NCBI GenBank assembly: GCA_002269645.1
Contig: NIVC01001090.1
Coordinates: 5,084-69,083 of the forward strand
Direction of reading: 5' to 3'
Length of the DNA stretch: 64,000 nt
Origin: Macrostomum lignano
Taxonomy: Eukaryota
Shown here: one piece after another, positions 36,178-46,981 of the stretch
Layout: each line of letters opens with the position of its first letter
Numbering within the stretch: position 1 is the first letter of the stretch
The notes under the pieces: generated by a model
Told to the model about the DNA's origin: nothing
Seen by the model: only the letters and a program-made list of their open reading frames with translations
Database searches by the model: none
Program-made: the position numbers and the translations under genes

Positions 36178-39100
36178 AGCGCTCAGTCTCCTCATAAATC
36201 GCCCGCATTGGCTGGTTCTTGAGCGGGTGCAGCACGTCGCCGTTGGGGAAGCACTTGGGACAGCCATGGAAGAAGCAGCCATGAAACTGCAGCACTGTCC
36301 TGGTCTCCGGGTCAAAGCCATCCACCTTACGGCCCATGGCGAAAGCCTCGCCGCCAGAATCGGCTGTCCGCAACCGGCCGCCAAACTCGGTTGCATTCAA
36401 ATGTGCCAGCCAGCAGCGCGCCTTGTGCGACTGTACATCGGACCGGCGGGAAATCACCCCAAGAGTGTTGGGCTCCATAAACTTGGTGGTGAAAACAGCC
36501 ATAGCCAAGCCCGCAATGGTGTTGGATTGGACAAATGCGTCCAGTCCGCAAATGTCCTTAATCAGGCGGGTGTACTTTAGACAGCCTTCCCGCAAAATTA
36601 ACGTGTCCTGCAGGCAATAGTCCAGGTACTCCTTATTGAAATTAAACACCTGTCCCTCCTGCTTGGCCAGCCAGTCAGCGATGGAGTCGTGCTGCTTATT
36701 CTTCTTCCCGCCGTACATATCAATTGAGCAGTAGGGACCTACGTACCCCCAGTTTTGTGGCTGATTGAACACGTGCGGGAAATCTCCTTTGGTCAGTTGG
36801 GTGCCCAAACCAAGCGCCTTTGGGAATTGCGCCAGACCAATAGGGATAAAGTTGAGGCTGTCCTTGAACGTGATCTTGTCGCACTTCATGTACATTAGGC
36901 GGCTGTTCTGGAAGATCACCTGCGGCTTCTTCTTGGCCAGTCCGTTGAGTAGGGCGCCGAGCAGGAGGAATGCGTCATACGCAGAGCCATTGTGCGCAAT
37001 TGCAATTGCCCCCTGCTTGAACACGCTAGTCAGCCAGCAGTAAAAGGCATCGATAGAGTGCAGTCCAACGGATACAAACTCTCGCATCCCACAGGCACAG
37101 TCATTGTGGGAGACACAGCTCGTAAAATCCAGCGCCAGATTGCGTCCCGCAATGCAATTGGCTGAGCTGTGCAACCCCCGCACACGCTGCAGCGGGGCCT
37201 GGGGAAGAGTTTGGGACACGCCTCGCAGGAGGTGGCAGCCGTAACCAAGTGTACCCGGTGCTGCTTGGTCCACGTACGTCTCGAAATCATAGTAAACGTA
37301 CGGGGCGCTAGACTCTTTGGCTTTGGGCGGGGTGACAAAGCACTCGTGGGTGGCCGTTTCGTCGTACTGCTTGCAGACTGGACACTTGGCGTAACCACAC
37401 TGATGCTCGGGGGGCTGGCCTACTTTCAGTTCTTCTAGATAGCCACACGTGCCGCAAACGTGGACTGAATCACAGCGCGATCTGCCCGCCTTATTCTTGC
37501 GCTTGTGATTCTCTAGGCACTGAGCATTATAGCAATTTAGCCCGCAATCATGGCATCTTACATATGCACGGTTGGCTTTGCAGTTGGAGCCCGGAGTCTT
37601 GCATGTACTGCAGGCATCAGCGCACTTGTGCTTCTCATAATTGCAATCGAAGGCCATCTCGCACTTGGCGCAGTAGTGATCGGAGCCGAAAAACGCAGGC
37701 AGCTTGGTGACCACATTAAAGTGCTGCTCGACCAGGTGCAGGTGCAGAATCTCGGTGCCAGGCAGGTTGAATATGCACGTGTTGGCCTCCTCTGCCCTGT
37801 ACACTCGTACACCAAAATCGTGGCCTGGATGCAGACGGTTCAGGGCCCGTATCGCCTCGGGCAGAACATCCACCCCAAAAGGACCGGCCTGCGAGACGAT
37901 TTGATGAGTCTGTGTGGAGGCAAAATATTTCTTTTAGTATTCCTTATCGTAAAAATTCTTATCAGAAAATATAGCTTTTAGTATTCCTTATCGTAAAAAT
38001 TCTTTTAGTAATCCATGAAAATACTAGAAACCAGAAACGAAATTCTTATCAGAAAATAAATCTTTTGGTATTCCCTGATACAGTGGAAAATTAGTGCACA
38101 ACTTACCGTGTAGAGGCCTGCTTCGACTTGCAGCTCAGTCACCAGCTTAGTCTGCTTGGGTGAATTGGCCTTGATCCTGCGCCACACATCCTCGGTGATG
38201 CGCTTGGCCACAAATTGCAGATAGGCGCAGGCCACGACCAGAGCTCGCAGCAGGCACCTCTTGTCCGTGTTGGTGATGCGGACATAGTGCTTTGAAAAAG
38301 CGTGCCTCTCTTCTAGATGCTTGTTCTCGAGAGCACATCCACCTCGAGGCACCCAGGCCTTTAGCAACCGGATAGAAAAGTTGCTCGACAGTACGCTTGC
38401 GTCTGACTGCACAATCTTGTCAATGTGCTTAAACAACAACTCTGCTGTCATGCGGGCCGCACGCACCGGGGGAGTGTGGGCTGCTTTGAGCATATTATCA
38501 CTCTCGAATTTCGCGGCCATAAATTCATCACCAGCCAAATCCTGCTTGAATACTTCGAGCAAACTGGCAAATGTCTCGCGTAAGTCGCTAGTACCATCCA
38601 ACTTTACCACATATTCCACACCCTTGGCCCTAAACTTGGGCAGGTCGCGCTGATTATCCAGCCGGGCCGTAAAACCTGTAGGGGGAATGAAGGGGGAGTG
38701 TGAGTCAGCCCGGGTCTGCCTGGGGAATAGGGGGGCTGGATAACTCACCCGGTCCGGTAACAAATTCAGGTTGGGCAGGCGGGACAAACGCGTCTGAAAA
38801 AACACAAGGAGATAAAAAACCAGAAGAATCTGTCAATTCGTGGCACCCCAGGATCAGACTCCAACCGACTCATTGTTCACGCTCCCCCCCCCCTTGCGCT
38901 CAGGCCCTCCCACCGACACGCTCTGCAATTTTTTTAACCCCAGCCGCATCCCGCCTGGCTCTTTGTTAGCGCTCCCCCATAACCCCTCGCACGCATGCCC
39001 CCCTGCCGAGACGCATCTGCAATTTTTTAACCCTAGCCGCATCCGGCCTGGCTCATTGTTTGCGCTACTCCTCCCGCACAAGCCCTGCTGCTGAAACGCT

Positions 39101-39948
39101 CTGCAATTTTTTTAACCCTAGCCGCATCCTGCCTGGCTCTTTGTTTGCGCTACCCCTCGCAAGCAAGCCCTGCTGCTGAAACGCTCTGCAATTTTTTAAC
39201 CCTAGCCCGCATCCTGCCTGGTTCTTTGTTTGCGCACCCTCCCTACTCAAACTCGTAAGCTCCCTGTCGCAGCACTCTGAATTCCCGCATGCTCCTGCAG
39301 CTGTCAGAGCGCCCACCATTTTTTATCTGGCCTGGCTCATTGTTTGCGCTCACGCATAACCCCTTGCGCTCAGGCCCTCCTGTTGAAATGCTCTGCAATT
39401 TTTTTAACCCCAGCCCGCAGCTGTTATCCGGCCTGCTCTTTGTTTGCGCCCCCTCTCTACTCAAACTCGCATGCCCTGCTGCTGCACTCTGAATTCCCGC
39501 ATGCTCCTGCAGCTGTCAGAGCGCCCACCATTTTTTATCCCGCCTGGCTCATAATCCCTCGCGCGTAGACCCTCCTGCTGAAATTCTCTGCAATTTTTTA
39601 ACCCTAGCCGCATCCTGCCTGCTCTTTGTTTGCGCCCCCTCCCTACTCAAACTCGTAAGCTCCCTGTCGCAGCACTCTGAATTCTATAGCCCGCATGCGC
39701 CTGAAGCTGTCACAGCGGTAAACCCCTCAACTCTTTGTTAGCCCCCGCCTGTCTAGTCTGCTCTTATCAACTCTCTATCGCGCCTCTCTTGCTCCTGCCC
39801 CTGCCAATTCATAGAAGCTCCCTGCTGCAGCAACTCAAAACCCGTCTAGACTGATATACAACCGGATAGAAATTAATTAAAACTTACCATAAAGACGTTG
39901 CCTCTTGTCAGCTGGGAAAGTAGTCGATGCTGCGCTGCGTTTAGCCAT
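36173..39948 (-). pseudogene. Protein-primed DNA polymerase B of element A, spliced and 3'-truncated; exons 39948-39888, 38793-38749, 38675-38107, 37909-36173
   Basis: N-terminal ITNTDKRCLLRALVVA, a Cys-rich region, ExoI YDFET, ExoII HNGSAYD, ExoIII YCLQD, KGDFPH and a VSR-like insert VDGFDPETRTVLQFHGCFFHGCPKC. Intron phases 1, 1, 0 are all compatible. Polymerase motifs A-C are absent; the stop is created at the junction. Confidence 0.85.
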
Positions 39949-40164
39949 TTTGCATACAGAGAGAAGGATTATCTCTCTACCCCTGTTCTAGGGGTCCGAA
40001 TATATACTAAAAACCTGCTTAGCTCGTCTATTATTGGCCAAATCACCAAAAAACCAACCAGAATCACTCAAAATCACCCCAAAATCACACCCTCCCACCC
40101 TCCATCTGGGGGTATATAAAGCGCTGCGCGGCTGTCGGAGAGCTCTCTGCTGCTGCTGCTAATC

Positions 40165-40713
40165 ATGTCTTCTTCTATCGCTCTATACGAAAACTTTGTG
40201 GCGCGGAAGCCCACATTTGAAACGGAGCATGACTTAATTGAAATCCGTCGGCTCTACACCGACGAAGCTGGAGTGTGGAAGGACGGCTTCCCAGCAATCT
40301 ATTTAAGCGAGGTCGAGTGGAAGAAGCTCGAAGCTGCACGCCCTGACCTGGAGGCTGCGGCACGTCTTCACGTGGACAAGAGAGTCGTGTTGGGCAGCTT
40401 CAAGGCGGCAGAAGCTTCACAGGGGAGGATTCGTTTGCGGCGCAATTGGCTTAATCGGGATCCAAAGTTCAATTGGCGCTACACAATTGAATTCACGCCG
40501 GAACTGTGGCGCCGGATGTTTGCCGCCCGTTTGGGCAAGCTCTTCAAACCCAAGGCCCCGCCGCCAGCCAAGCGCGCCAGGACCGATACCTCTCTGGTAG
40601 CCAGGACTGAGGAGGAGGAAGAAAATCTCCAGGATGTTCTCCAGGTTGTGGGTCTCAAACCCTACCAATTCCCGCCCTGGGAAAATCTGTTTGACGAGAG
40701 TCAGCGCTGGTAG
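40165..40713 (+). CDS. PC4-like ssDNA-binding-domain protein, 182 aa (right-arm copy)
   Basis: Same sequence as 33554-34102; TATATAAA at 40113-40120. Confidence 0.6.
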   Translation: MSSSIALYENFVARKPTFETEHDLIEIRRLYTDEAGVWKDGFPAIYLSEVEWKKLEAARPDLEAAARLHVDKRVVLGSFKAAEASQGRIRLRRNWLNRDPKFNWRYTIEFTPELWRRMFAARLGKLFKPKAPPPAKRARTDTSLVARTEEEEENLQDVLQVVGLKPYQFPPWENLFDESQRW

Positions 40714-40824
40714 TTCCCTATTGGCTCGCGCCACCCGCGGGGCTCCCTATATAACTAATCTAGCCAGCCTCTAGAGAGCCAAACCCTAATCCTAGCCCTG
40801 ATACTATAGTCTGCTGATTCCAAC

Positions 40825-41508
40825 ATGTCCCGCCGCCGAGCTCTATCCACCCTCTGGGATAAAAACCGCCCATCTGAAGAATTAGCCTCCCTCGACGGTG
40901 AAATACCCGAACATATAATCCCCATAGGCATAGAAAACGGCGGACTTGACTATCCTGAAAATTGGGGTGCTGATATAGCCTTATCTTGGGCTTTGTGGGC
41001 TATTACCTACGATAGCGACCCGGGATCTGAGATTTTCGACATCCCGTGGGGTAATAGCTACGATAGCGACACCGGGTCTGAGATTTTCGACCTCCCACCG
41101 CTGACTATCGGAGGGGGTGTGAACGCCGCCGCTGCCGACTCTGGTGCCTCTGCCGCTGCCGCCCCTGCCACCTCTGCCGCCGATGCCGACTCTGCCGCTG
41201 CCGACTCTGGTGTCTCAGCCTCTGCCGCCCCTGCTGCCGCTGCCGACTCTGGTGCGGCCTCCCCCGGTGTCTCTGCCTCTGCCGCCCCTGCTGCCGACTC
41301 TGGTGTCTCTGCCTCTGCCGCCACTGCTGCCGCTGCCGACTCTGGTGCTGCCTCCCCCGGTGTCTCTGCCTCTGCCGCCCCCACCTATGGTAAGATATTA
41401 CACTGTATACACAATTCGTCTTATCATATACAAAGCATATATTCTTTCTACATTAATTGTTTTAATTTCCCCATTGCAGTCGGCCGACTACTGATTCGAG
41501 ACCCTTGA
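40825..41508 (+). CDS. Hypothetical 227-aa Ala/Ser/Asp-repeat protein (right-arm copy)
   Basis: Same sequence as 32758-33441. Confidence 0.5.
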   Translation: MSRRRALSTLWDKNRPSEELASLDGEIPEHIIPIGIENGGLDYPENWGADIALSWALWAITYDSDPGSEIFDIPWGNSYDSDTGSEIFDLPPLTIGGGVNAAAADSGASAAAAPATSAADADSAAADSGVSASAAPAAAADSGAASPGVSASAAPAADSGVSASAATAAAADSGAASPGVSASAAPTYGKILHCIHNSSYHIQSIYSFYINCFNFPIAVGRLLIRDP

Positions 41509-43389
41509 GGAGGAGGCGGCATGAAACAACACTGAGGAGCGGCTGGAGGTTTACTGGGGTTTGCGGTTTTTTCTCCCTGTACGTGATTTTCCCTGTCTGC
41601 GCGGCACTTGAGATAATAAAACCTATTTGGAAGCTCCCCTGGGGAGAATTCTCTTTGTATGCGGTCTGCTACCTCCACTGTGCATTGGGGCGGTCTCTGT
41701 TACTCCTCTCTGCCCGCACTGTACATTGGGATCCCCCGGCCCTGGGGAGGAATTGAATTTCTCTATGTTACTCTGCCCGCACTGTACATTGGGATCCCCC
41801 GGCCCTGGCTCTGGGGGCGTGTCTCGAATATCCTGGGCTGGATATTTTACTTTGCACCTACATTATATGCTTAATTTTGCATGCATATGTTGTATTATAC
41901 TTAACTTCCAGTGTGTGTATTTTATCCTATGCATTGAAATTTGTGCCTGCGGGTTAATATGCAAAATGTTTAAAATCTGCCTACATTATATGCTATGTAA
42001 TTTTCCTGTATTATACTCAATTTGCACCTACATTTTGTGTATGTATGCACCTGCATTATACTGTGTGTATTTCCGCCTATGTTTTATTAGCGCCTACTAC
42101 ACTAATAATGCGATATGTACCTGCTTTGTCTATTTCTGTCAATATAATATGCACCTACATGGTGTGTTTTTTGCTGCTCATATGCATCAATATGTACATT
42201 TTAATATGCATTATGCACCATTATTTACACCTACCAATATGTTTTGCCTACTATTTTTATGTAAATATACACAATTTCACCTACTATAAGTAGTTTTCAC
42301 TAGCCTAATATCATTGACTACATATCTGTGTATGCATACATATCGGGAGAGTGTACTGGGGAGAGTGTACTGAGGAGAGTGTACACTCGGGGTGCCTGCG
42401 GCATGGGAGAGTGTACACTCGGATGCCTGCGGTTTGGGAGAGTGTACACTCGAGTGCCTGCGGTTTGGGAGAGTGGAGCGCCTGCGGCATGGGCGCCTGC
42501 TGCTCTGGAGGGAGGGCATACATATCGGGGTACATATCGGGAGTGCGCATACATGTCGGGAGGGTACCCCTGCGGCATGGGCGCCTGCGGCATACATATC
42601 GGGAGGGTCGCCTGCGGCTCGGGAGGGTGCACATATCGGGAGGGTGCAGTGCGCCTGCGGCATGGGCGCCTGATTGGCGCTTGGCGCCACGCGCCTGCGG
42701 CGCGCGCGCCAATGAGAAGCGAGGTGGGTTGACACCCACCCCACCTCCAAAAACGCCCGGATCTGCCGGCCCTTAGTAGTTACAGGAATTCCAACTACAC
42801 TGCACGGTACCCACAAATAATTCAAAAGAAGAAAAGATCCCAAGTCCGATCAACTGACCAACTTGTCCAAAAACGCATTTTCAGTATATTTCTAAACCAA
42901 GCGAATCAAAATATTCCCCGACTCTTCGTCCACGCCCCCCTTAAGTTTAAGGATCTCGGCGACGCACCCGCGGCGGAGCGCGCATGTATACCATTGTAAA
43001 GTTTGCCTCTTCTTCTCGGGTTCTCTAAGATGTTCCTAGAAAAATAAAACCCGCTGCTCCAGAAGAAGCTAGATAGCACCGCAGTACTACCTATCGATTT
43101 TTGCCTGAAAATGAACCTAAAACGTTGCCGTGACTTGGTAGGGTTGCTGCCACCTTGGTGTGCGGACTCGACGCGTCGGCAGAGTTGTCTATCCGTCACC
43201 TGAAAGAAAAATAACAAAGTCGCTCGGAGCAAAGGCAAATCTGAAAAATGTCTCGACAGTCGATCGTCTTAGTAGAATGCTGCTCGAACCTGAAAACCTG
43301 AAAACCTGAAATGAGAGAGGAGAGCTCGGAGGCAGCTCCGGTCGAGCCCAGGCAGGACGACACGATCTGGAGAAAATTGCTCGCAGATG

Positions 43390-44650
43390 CTCCGTATTTA
43401 TAGCCGAGCGGACCCCCAAAAGTCACGTGAGTTTCATGCGGTGAGCGCGTGAAACTTCCTTATTTGGGCATTGGAATCATGCGGGCGACGCGTGATCCAA
43501 GGCCAACTTCCAAATAAGGCAACCCTGTCACGCAGCAGTGGCGTGACTCAAGGTCAGTGGCCACGCACAGAGTGCGTGCACAGTCACGTGCTTAGTCTGT
43601 GCTAAAAATAGAATCGTGGGCGGATGAGTCATCCTGTTTACTCCCTCTAGGCAGCCCTTACACTCCGCGCAGGTGATGAGTCATCCTGCAACGCCTCCTC
43701 AGCGCGAGTGGGAAGACATTGAGTGTGGCTGCCCGCGCCCGCTCAGGCGATGAGTAATTGGGCAGTAAACACATAGGCCCAGCACAGGGTAACTCTCTCA
43801 CTAGATCAGGTGGACTGAGCTACTGTGCAGCGGATCACAGCACTCTTAGGGAAAGCTAGTGAATGCTGCTGAATAACCAGATAGCAGCCAGTCACTACAC
43901 CATCTTAAAACTATTCGCAGTCTCGTCCACCCGGAATCTGGCCACACTCTCAATGGACACGGAGCCGTCGGACCACAAGTGGCGGCAGTAGCCAGCACCG
44001 TCCAAAGTAGTGCAGCGGCGGTCGGATGGCAGTCCCCACGCCGTCGCGGGTACCCCCGTCCCGTGTCGTCCGAGTAGATTAACTCCCTCCGCCCGGCACA
44101 CCGTCCTGATTTCATCAATCCGCTCGATTTTATGTCAGTGTGGACTCAATGTGGGGCGGGGGCCGCGGCTCGAGGATGAAGGGGAAAAGTCCAGCTGCGC
44201 CCCTCCCCGCCCTCATGCGCCCAAGAAACCGAAGCCTGCAGCTACGACCAGTTGGGCGACCGGCTGGACTTTCACTTAGCGAGATAGTAATACAATAGAG
44301 CACCTGGCCCCACGTGGGGCGGCCTGCGGACTCTCAACTTAAGGAGACAGTATTACAATAGAGCAGAGCTCGCGTGCGTTGGCCGGAAAGCACCATTATT
44401 TTCGCCAAACAAACTTATTTAATCAGCCTGCCGAACGGATTTGTTTGTCCATGGGGCGCGGGCGTGGGCCGGAAAGCACCATTATTTTCGCCAGGAACTG
44501 CCCAACTTATTTAACAAGCCTGCGGAACGGATTTGTTTGTCAATGGGCAGCTGTTCCTTCGTTATTCAAGCCCACCCCCCGAAACTGCCACGTGGCACAA
44601 AAAGCCAGATGGCGCCCCTCCCCACCAAATCCTGCTCTATAAAAGAAAGT
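43390..44650. promoter_or_regulatory. Divergent promoter region with two TATA boxes, AP-1 sites and E-boxes
   Basis: TATAAATA on - (43395-43402) and TATAAAAG on + (44638-44645); TGA(C/G)TCA at 43544, 43625, 43677; CACGTG at 43424, 43585, 44311, 44589; an 85-bp direct duplication at about 44374-44547. Confidence 0.55.
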
Positions 44651-44738
44651 AGAAAATTCGCTCAAACTGCCAACGAGCCAAGGACAACAGGAAGCAACCC
44701 AAGCGTACGGAGACTAAACCAACCGCCGCTGGAGAACC

Positions 44739-45912
44739 ATGACCGCCTATCCCGCCGAAACAGTCCTGACGCTGCGCCAACTCACTGACGGAGCAAGACT
44801 ACACATTGGCGACGAGTCAACAAACGGCGAGTGCTTCTTCCGATCTGTGACGTGGACTCGGCCGGGGGAGAAGAAACGCTACCCGATCATACTGCAGACG
44901 GAGACCCCGCTGGAGCTGCTGAAAGGGATCAACGAGCGAGGAAACCACCACGCCGAACAATTGACCGCGTATCAGGCCGACCATCGCGAGGAAATCGGAC
45001 TGAATTTTCTCGGCGAAGATTTCTGCAAGCCACTGTTCAATCTACTGAGGTGAGTTACCCCCCCCCCCCCCGACAACTTTTCAGGATTCACTAGCCCCTT
45101 GGTGTCAGTTAAAATCAACACATAAACTCCAATTTAATTCCAGAACTGTGGAACGAACAATCGCACAGGAGCTCGAGGAGAAGCCGGACTCTAAAGCGCT
45201 GCTGCGCGTGACGCGACAATCCTCACGCGGTATAACGGGTGGGGCCTCCGCGGACTACGCGCCAATGCACTGGATTCCAATCAAGCCAAACTTCAGCTGT
45301 CTCGGCTTTCGCACAGACCAGGCCACCCACCCGGACGGTCGAGAGGCAGCCCTGAGCGAATTCAAAGGACTGACGGGACGCTACCACCTTTCAATTCAAG
45401 TCACGTCGCTATTCTGTCCACGGACCGGAACCGGCTGGAGGCTCTCTTTCGCTCTACGCTCTATTGTGCTGATGGAGAGCAACCCAAGCCGGCTGGCCGT
45501 CTTCGCGGGAGTCCGACAACAGCTAGTCAAGAAGAGGGAGCCAGATACAGACGAAAAACCAGAAGCCGGCTCTACAATGGAGAGGAAGCCGCCCAAGCGG
45601 CACCAGTCCAGTTCTGAAGAGGAAGCCGAACCTAGCACAAAGAAGAAGCCACCGACCAAGAAGCCGGCGACCCCTCGCCGTCCTAATGCGCCCAAGAAAC
45701 CGAAGCCGCCTGCAGCTACGCAGAGCAACGACCGGCTGGCCCCAACTGCTGAAGGTTTGCCCTCGGCCAAGGCACTGGTGAGCCCTACCGGGTCAACTAT
45801 CTCAACGTCAACTGGCGGAACTCGGGTGGCCTTTAAAGACCTGGCTTACCAACGTCACCTGGCGGCGGCCGCGGAGCAGTCCACGTCCAGCGACTCTGAA
45901 GCTGACTGCTGA
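44739..45912 (+). CDS. Spliced ORF (44739-45049, 45144-45912; about 359 aa), putative OB-fold ssDNA-binding protein with a Lys/Pro/Ser-rich tail
   Basis: TATA box, good ATG context and a phase-2 intron AG|GTGAGT...TTCCAG|A. Segments PIILQTETP and GRYHLSIQVTSLF...WRLSFALRSIVL recall T7 gp2.5-type viral SSBs (inference). Confidence 0.6.
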
Positions 45913-46051
45913 ATCCAAATCCTAAATCTGATATTCAAATTTTTAAACAACGCTTGTCGATAAGAAATACATTGGCCACCCAGGTTCCGCCAGGAAAATT
46001 TCTATATTGTGGGTGACATCTCTATTGAGCCTTTGTTTTTTCTTCTTTCAG

Positions 46052-46981
46052 CGCTTGGTGCTAGTCATTTTTGGTGCCGCACTGAAAATCTCTCCTGGAG
46101 AAAAGCTTTGCATGCACGAGACTGAGATAGCTTTAGCTCGAAAGTCATATTCGTGCAAGGTTTTTAAAGCGAGACCTACAATGTGCAAATTTAAATTTGC
46201 GGATTTAACCATTCAGCTTTATCCCAACGGGAAGCTGACAATTTTTTGCCGCAATATGAATGTGGACGTGGGATCGATTTTACAGTTTGTTAACGAAATT
46301 ACTATTTACAAACTGGATTTCGATTCTGTCCACGTTCAAACTTCTACAATGGTTGGTCAAGTTCAGTTTCCCGCAAGAAACAGCTTCCACTATTTAAAAA
46401 GCTGTGTCGGAAACTATGAGGACTTTAGGGCAACCTATGATGCAGAACTTTTTCCACAGGCAATCAGTTTAAGACAGTCAAAAACTCCCAGACTTTTTTG
46501 CAACGTCTTTCATACTGGAAAGATTGTCGCAATGGGAGCAAAAAATGAGACCGAAGTAAACCTCTTAACTCGGTCCGTTAATGCATTGCTTGCTATGCTA
46601 CTGATAGCAGTACTATTGGCAAAAAAATCCAGCCATGGCCCGGATCTACATTCTGGAGGGGAACCTGGCGGCAGGCAAAACAACGCTGCTAAGAAACCTG
46701 GCCCTGAACTCGCGGTTGGAGAAATGGGAACCACAGATTCTCTGGGCCAAGGAGCCGGTTCAGGCCTTCACCTCACACCCGAAACTGCCGGCAGAAACGA
46801 ACCCGCTGGAGGAATTCCACCGAGGATCTCTATCGGCACTCGGTTTTCAAGTCGATGCGAGCCATTGTCTGCTTCAGCGGAACAAGAACATGAGAGAGCT
46901 TCTGCTCTCACCGGAGCCGGATCAACCAGAGTACGACATTCTGGTGATGGAAAGGCTCATGGCGTCGGCTCACGCATTTAA
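46052..46981 (+). CDS. Divergent TATA-binding-protein-like (TBP-fold) protein
   Basis: Two TBP-like repeats: YSCKVFKARPTMCKFKFADLTIQLYPNGKLTIF and YDAELFPQAISLRQSKTPRLFCNVFHTGKIVAMGAKNETEV (compare TBP YEPELFPGLIYR...IFVSGKVVLTGAK). The start is uncertain (acceptor at 46051, first ATG 46112); the 3' tail overlaps the kinase gene. Confidence 0.7.
   Translation, partial: RLVLVIFGAALKISPGEKLCMHETEIALARKSYSCKVFKARPTMCKFKFADLTIQLYPNGKLTIFCRNMNVDVGSILQFVNEITIYKLDFDSVHVQTSTMVGQVQFPARNSFHYLKSCVGNYEDFRATYDAELFPQAISLRQSKTPRLFCNVFHTGKIVAMGAKNETEVNLLTRSVNALLAMLLIAVLLAKKSSHGPDLHSGGEPGGRQNNAAKKPGPELAVGEMGTTDSLGQGAGSGLHLTPETAGRNEPAGGIPPRISIGTRFSSRCEPLSASAEQEHERASALTGAGSTRVRHSGDGKAHGVGSRI

Larger units (their letters stand above)
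31487..42780. mobile_element. Element A: non-autonomous fold-back Maverick/Polinton derivative; arms 31487-36177 and 38090-42780, unique spacer 36178-38089, TSD TACAGG
   Basis: The arms are reverse complements (paired coordinates sum to 74267; I saw only two 1-bp indels). TACAGG flanks both sides (31481-31486, 42781-42786). Termini are ACTACT...AGTAGT, and the element contains a protein-primed PolB. Confidence 0.92.

Noticed and set aside
35462-36580. 372-aa ORF as a real gene
   Set aside because: It is a chimera of intron sequence, pPolB exon 3 and the antisense strand of pPolB exon 4 across the fold-back junction.
31487-42780. Giant inverted repeat as a pure assembly or missed-adapter artefact
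   Set aside because: It has a 1.9-kb unique spacer, a 6-bp TSD on both sides and flanks that rebuild a tandem unit. Read-level confirmation is still needed.
42906-43400. Defined protein-coding gene on the - strand below the TATA at 43395
   Set aside because: Acceptor-like sites exist, but I could not build a consistent exon chain or recognise a product.
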